Part shown: positions 62,115 to 64,000 of the stretch, in pieces | How positions within the stretch are numbered: the stretch's first letter is position 1 | How the letters are laid out: each line of letters begins with the position of its first letter | Source: Eledone cirrhosa | Lineage: Eukaryota | NCBI GenBank assembly: GCA_964016885.1 | Contig: OZ024760.1 | Coordinates: 7,936,001-8,000,000, forward strand | Direction: 5' to 3' | DNA: 64,000 bases | Position numbers and translations under genes: made by a program | The notes under the pieces: generated by a model | Seen by the model: the letters and a program-made list of their open reading frames with translations, nothing else | Database searches by the model: none | Told to the model about the DNA's origin: nothing

Positions 62115-63248
62115 GCAAGTTGGTACTAGTTCCACAGTTTTTGTGTTGATAGTCAAAGTTGGTACTAGTTCCTCAGTTGGTGTGTTGATAGTCAAAGTTG
62201 GTACTAGTTCCACAGTTGGTGTGTTGATAGTCAAAGTTGGTACTAGTTCCTCAGTTGGTGTGTTGATAGTCAAAGTTGGTACTGGTTCCACAGTTCTTGT
62301 GTTGATAGTCAAAGTTGGTACTAGTTCCACAGTTCCTGTGTTATAGTCAAAGTTGGTACTAGTTCCATAGTTTGTGTTGATAGTCAAAGTTGGTACTAGT
62401 TCCACAGTTGGTGTGTTGATAGTCAAAGCTGGTACTAGTTCCACAGTTGGTGTGTTGATAGTCAAAGCTGGTACTAGTTCCACAGTTGGTGTGTTGATAG
62501 TCAAAGTTGGTACTAGTTCCTCAGTTCGTGTGTTATAGTCAAAGTTGGTACTAGTTCCACAGTTGGTGTGTTGATAGTCAAAGCTGGTACTAGTTCCACA
62601 GTTGGTGTGTTGATAGTCAAAGTTGGTACTAGTTCCACAGTTCGTGTGTTGATAGTCAAAGTTGGTACTAGTTCCACAGTTGATGTGTTGATAGTCAAAG
62701 TTGGTACTAGTTCCACAGTTCGTGTGTTGATAGTCAAAGTTGGTACTAGTTCCACAGTTGATGTGTTGATAGTCAAAGTTGGTACTAGTTCCACAGTTCG
62801 TGTGTTGATAGTCAAAGTTGGTACTAGTTCCACAGTTGATGTGTTGATAGTCAAAGTTGGTACTAGTTCCTCAGTTCGTGTGTTGATAGTCAAAGTTGGT
62901 ACTAGTTCCTCAGTTCGTGTGTTGATAGTCAAAGTTGGTACTAGTTCCACAGTTCGTGTGTTGATAGTCAAAGTTGGTACTAGTTCCTCAGTTCGTGTGT
63001 TGATAGTCAAAGTTGGTACTAGTTCCACAGTTGATGTGTTGATAGTCAAAGTTGGTACTAGTTCCTCAGTTCGTGTGTTGATAGTCAAAGTTGGTACTAG
63101 TTCCACAGTTCGTGTGTTGATAGTCAAAGTTGGTACTAGTTCCACAGTTCGTGTGTTGATAGTCAAAGTTGGTACTAGTTCCATAGTTTGTGTTGATAGT
63201 CAAAGTTGGTACTAGTTCCACAGTTGGTGTGTTGGTAGTCAAAGTTGG
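62115..63248. repeat. 39-bp minisatellite (CAAAGTTGGTACTAGTTCCACAGTTSGTGTGTTGATAGT)n
   Basis: Gives the 13-aa periodic pseudo-ORF VELVPTLTINTRT. Confidence 0.93.
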
Positions 63249-63522
63249 AGTTCAAGTTCAGTTTGAGTTAGCACGTTAGATTGTTGGTTCTTAAAAGATT
63301 GTTGTTTCGTCACGTGTGGTTATTTCCATGTGGTTATTTCCATGTGGTTATTTCCATATGGTTATTTCCATGTGGTTATTTCCGTTTGTTGTATTTACAT
63401 ACAATGTTTCAAGGTCGTTTGTTTATTTAAAAACCTGGTGGAGCCCATCTCTTCTCCAGGCCCAACTACAGCAGATTTCTTCCAGAGAAGGATAGAAAAG
63501 GAGAAAGGGATATAGATGAATA

Positions 63523-63850
63523 TTAGTGGTTAGAGCATTGGCCTTGCAATCGAAAGGTTGTGAGTTCAATTCTCAGACTGGGTGATGTGTTGTTTCCTTG
63601 AGCAAGACACTTTATTTCACATTGCTCCAGTTTACTCAGTTGTAGAAATGAGATAAGGACTGGGGTCCCTATCATTCCACTGTGAAGTGGTCGTGGAGGT
63701 GCCACGGCAAAAAAGCACCCAGCACTCACTGTAAATGAGGTTGGTGTTAGGAAGGGCATCCAGCTGTAGAAATCAAGCCAAAATCAGTTCCCGTCCCACC
63801 CTTGCAAGCAGGGAAAAAGCGGACGTAAAATGAAATGATGATGATGATGA
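63523..63850 (+). mobile_element. SINE family 1 copy (slightly 5'-truncated)
   Basis: Near-identical to 43140-43480. Confidence 0.87.
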
Positions 63851-64000
63851 ATCGATCCCAGTACTTGACTGGTACTTCTTTTTATCAATCTCGAACAAAT
63901 GAAAGGCGATGTTGACCGTGGCGGGATTTGAACTCAGAGAGCAGAGAGATGAAACGAATACCACAAAGCATTCTATCCGACGTTCTAACGACTCTAATTT

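Noticed and set aside
62082-63215. 13-aa repeat ORFs resembling ice-binding or adhesin repeats
   Set aside because: 39-bp intronic minisatellite, open on both strands and broken by indels

Overview
Eukaryotic, extremely repeat-rich genomic DNA. The SINE families and microsatellite load look like an octopod cephalopod (inference, not verified). One + strand multi-exon gene runs through the window. I traced 23 GT-AG exons (18400..61893) that splice in frame into 3018 nt / 1006 codons with no stop. They encode the C-terminal half of one M1 (aminopeptidase N-like) unit joined directly, via a phase-2 intron (38213..40920), to the start of a second M1 unit with intact GAMEN and HELAH-X18-E motifs. 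This is an apparent tandem multi-unit aminopeptidase polypeptide, open at both window ends. The introns hold large minisatellites (several seeded from SINE fragments), two tRNA-derived SINE families, decayed R4/Dong-like and RTE-like LINEs, DNA-transposon MITEs, fold-back structures, and several type I hammerhead-ribozyme motifs typical of Penelope-like element termini. Almost all long ORFs in the supplied track are microsatellite artefacts.
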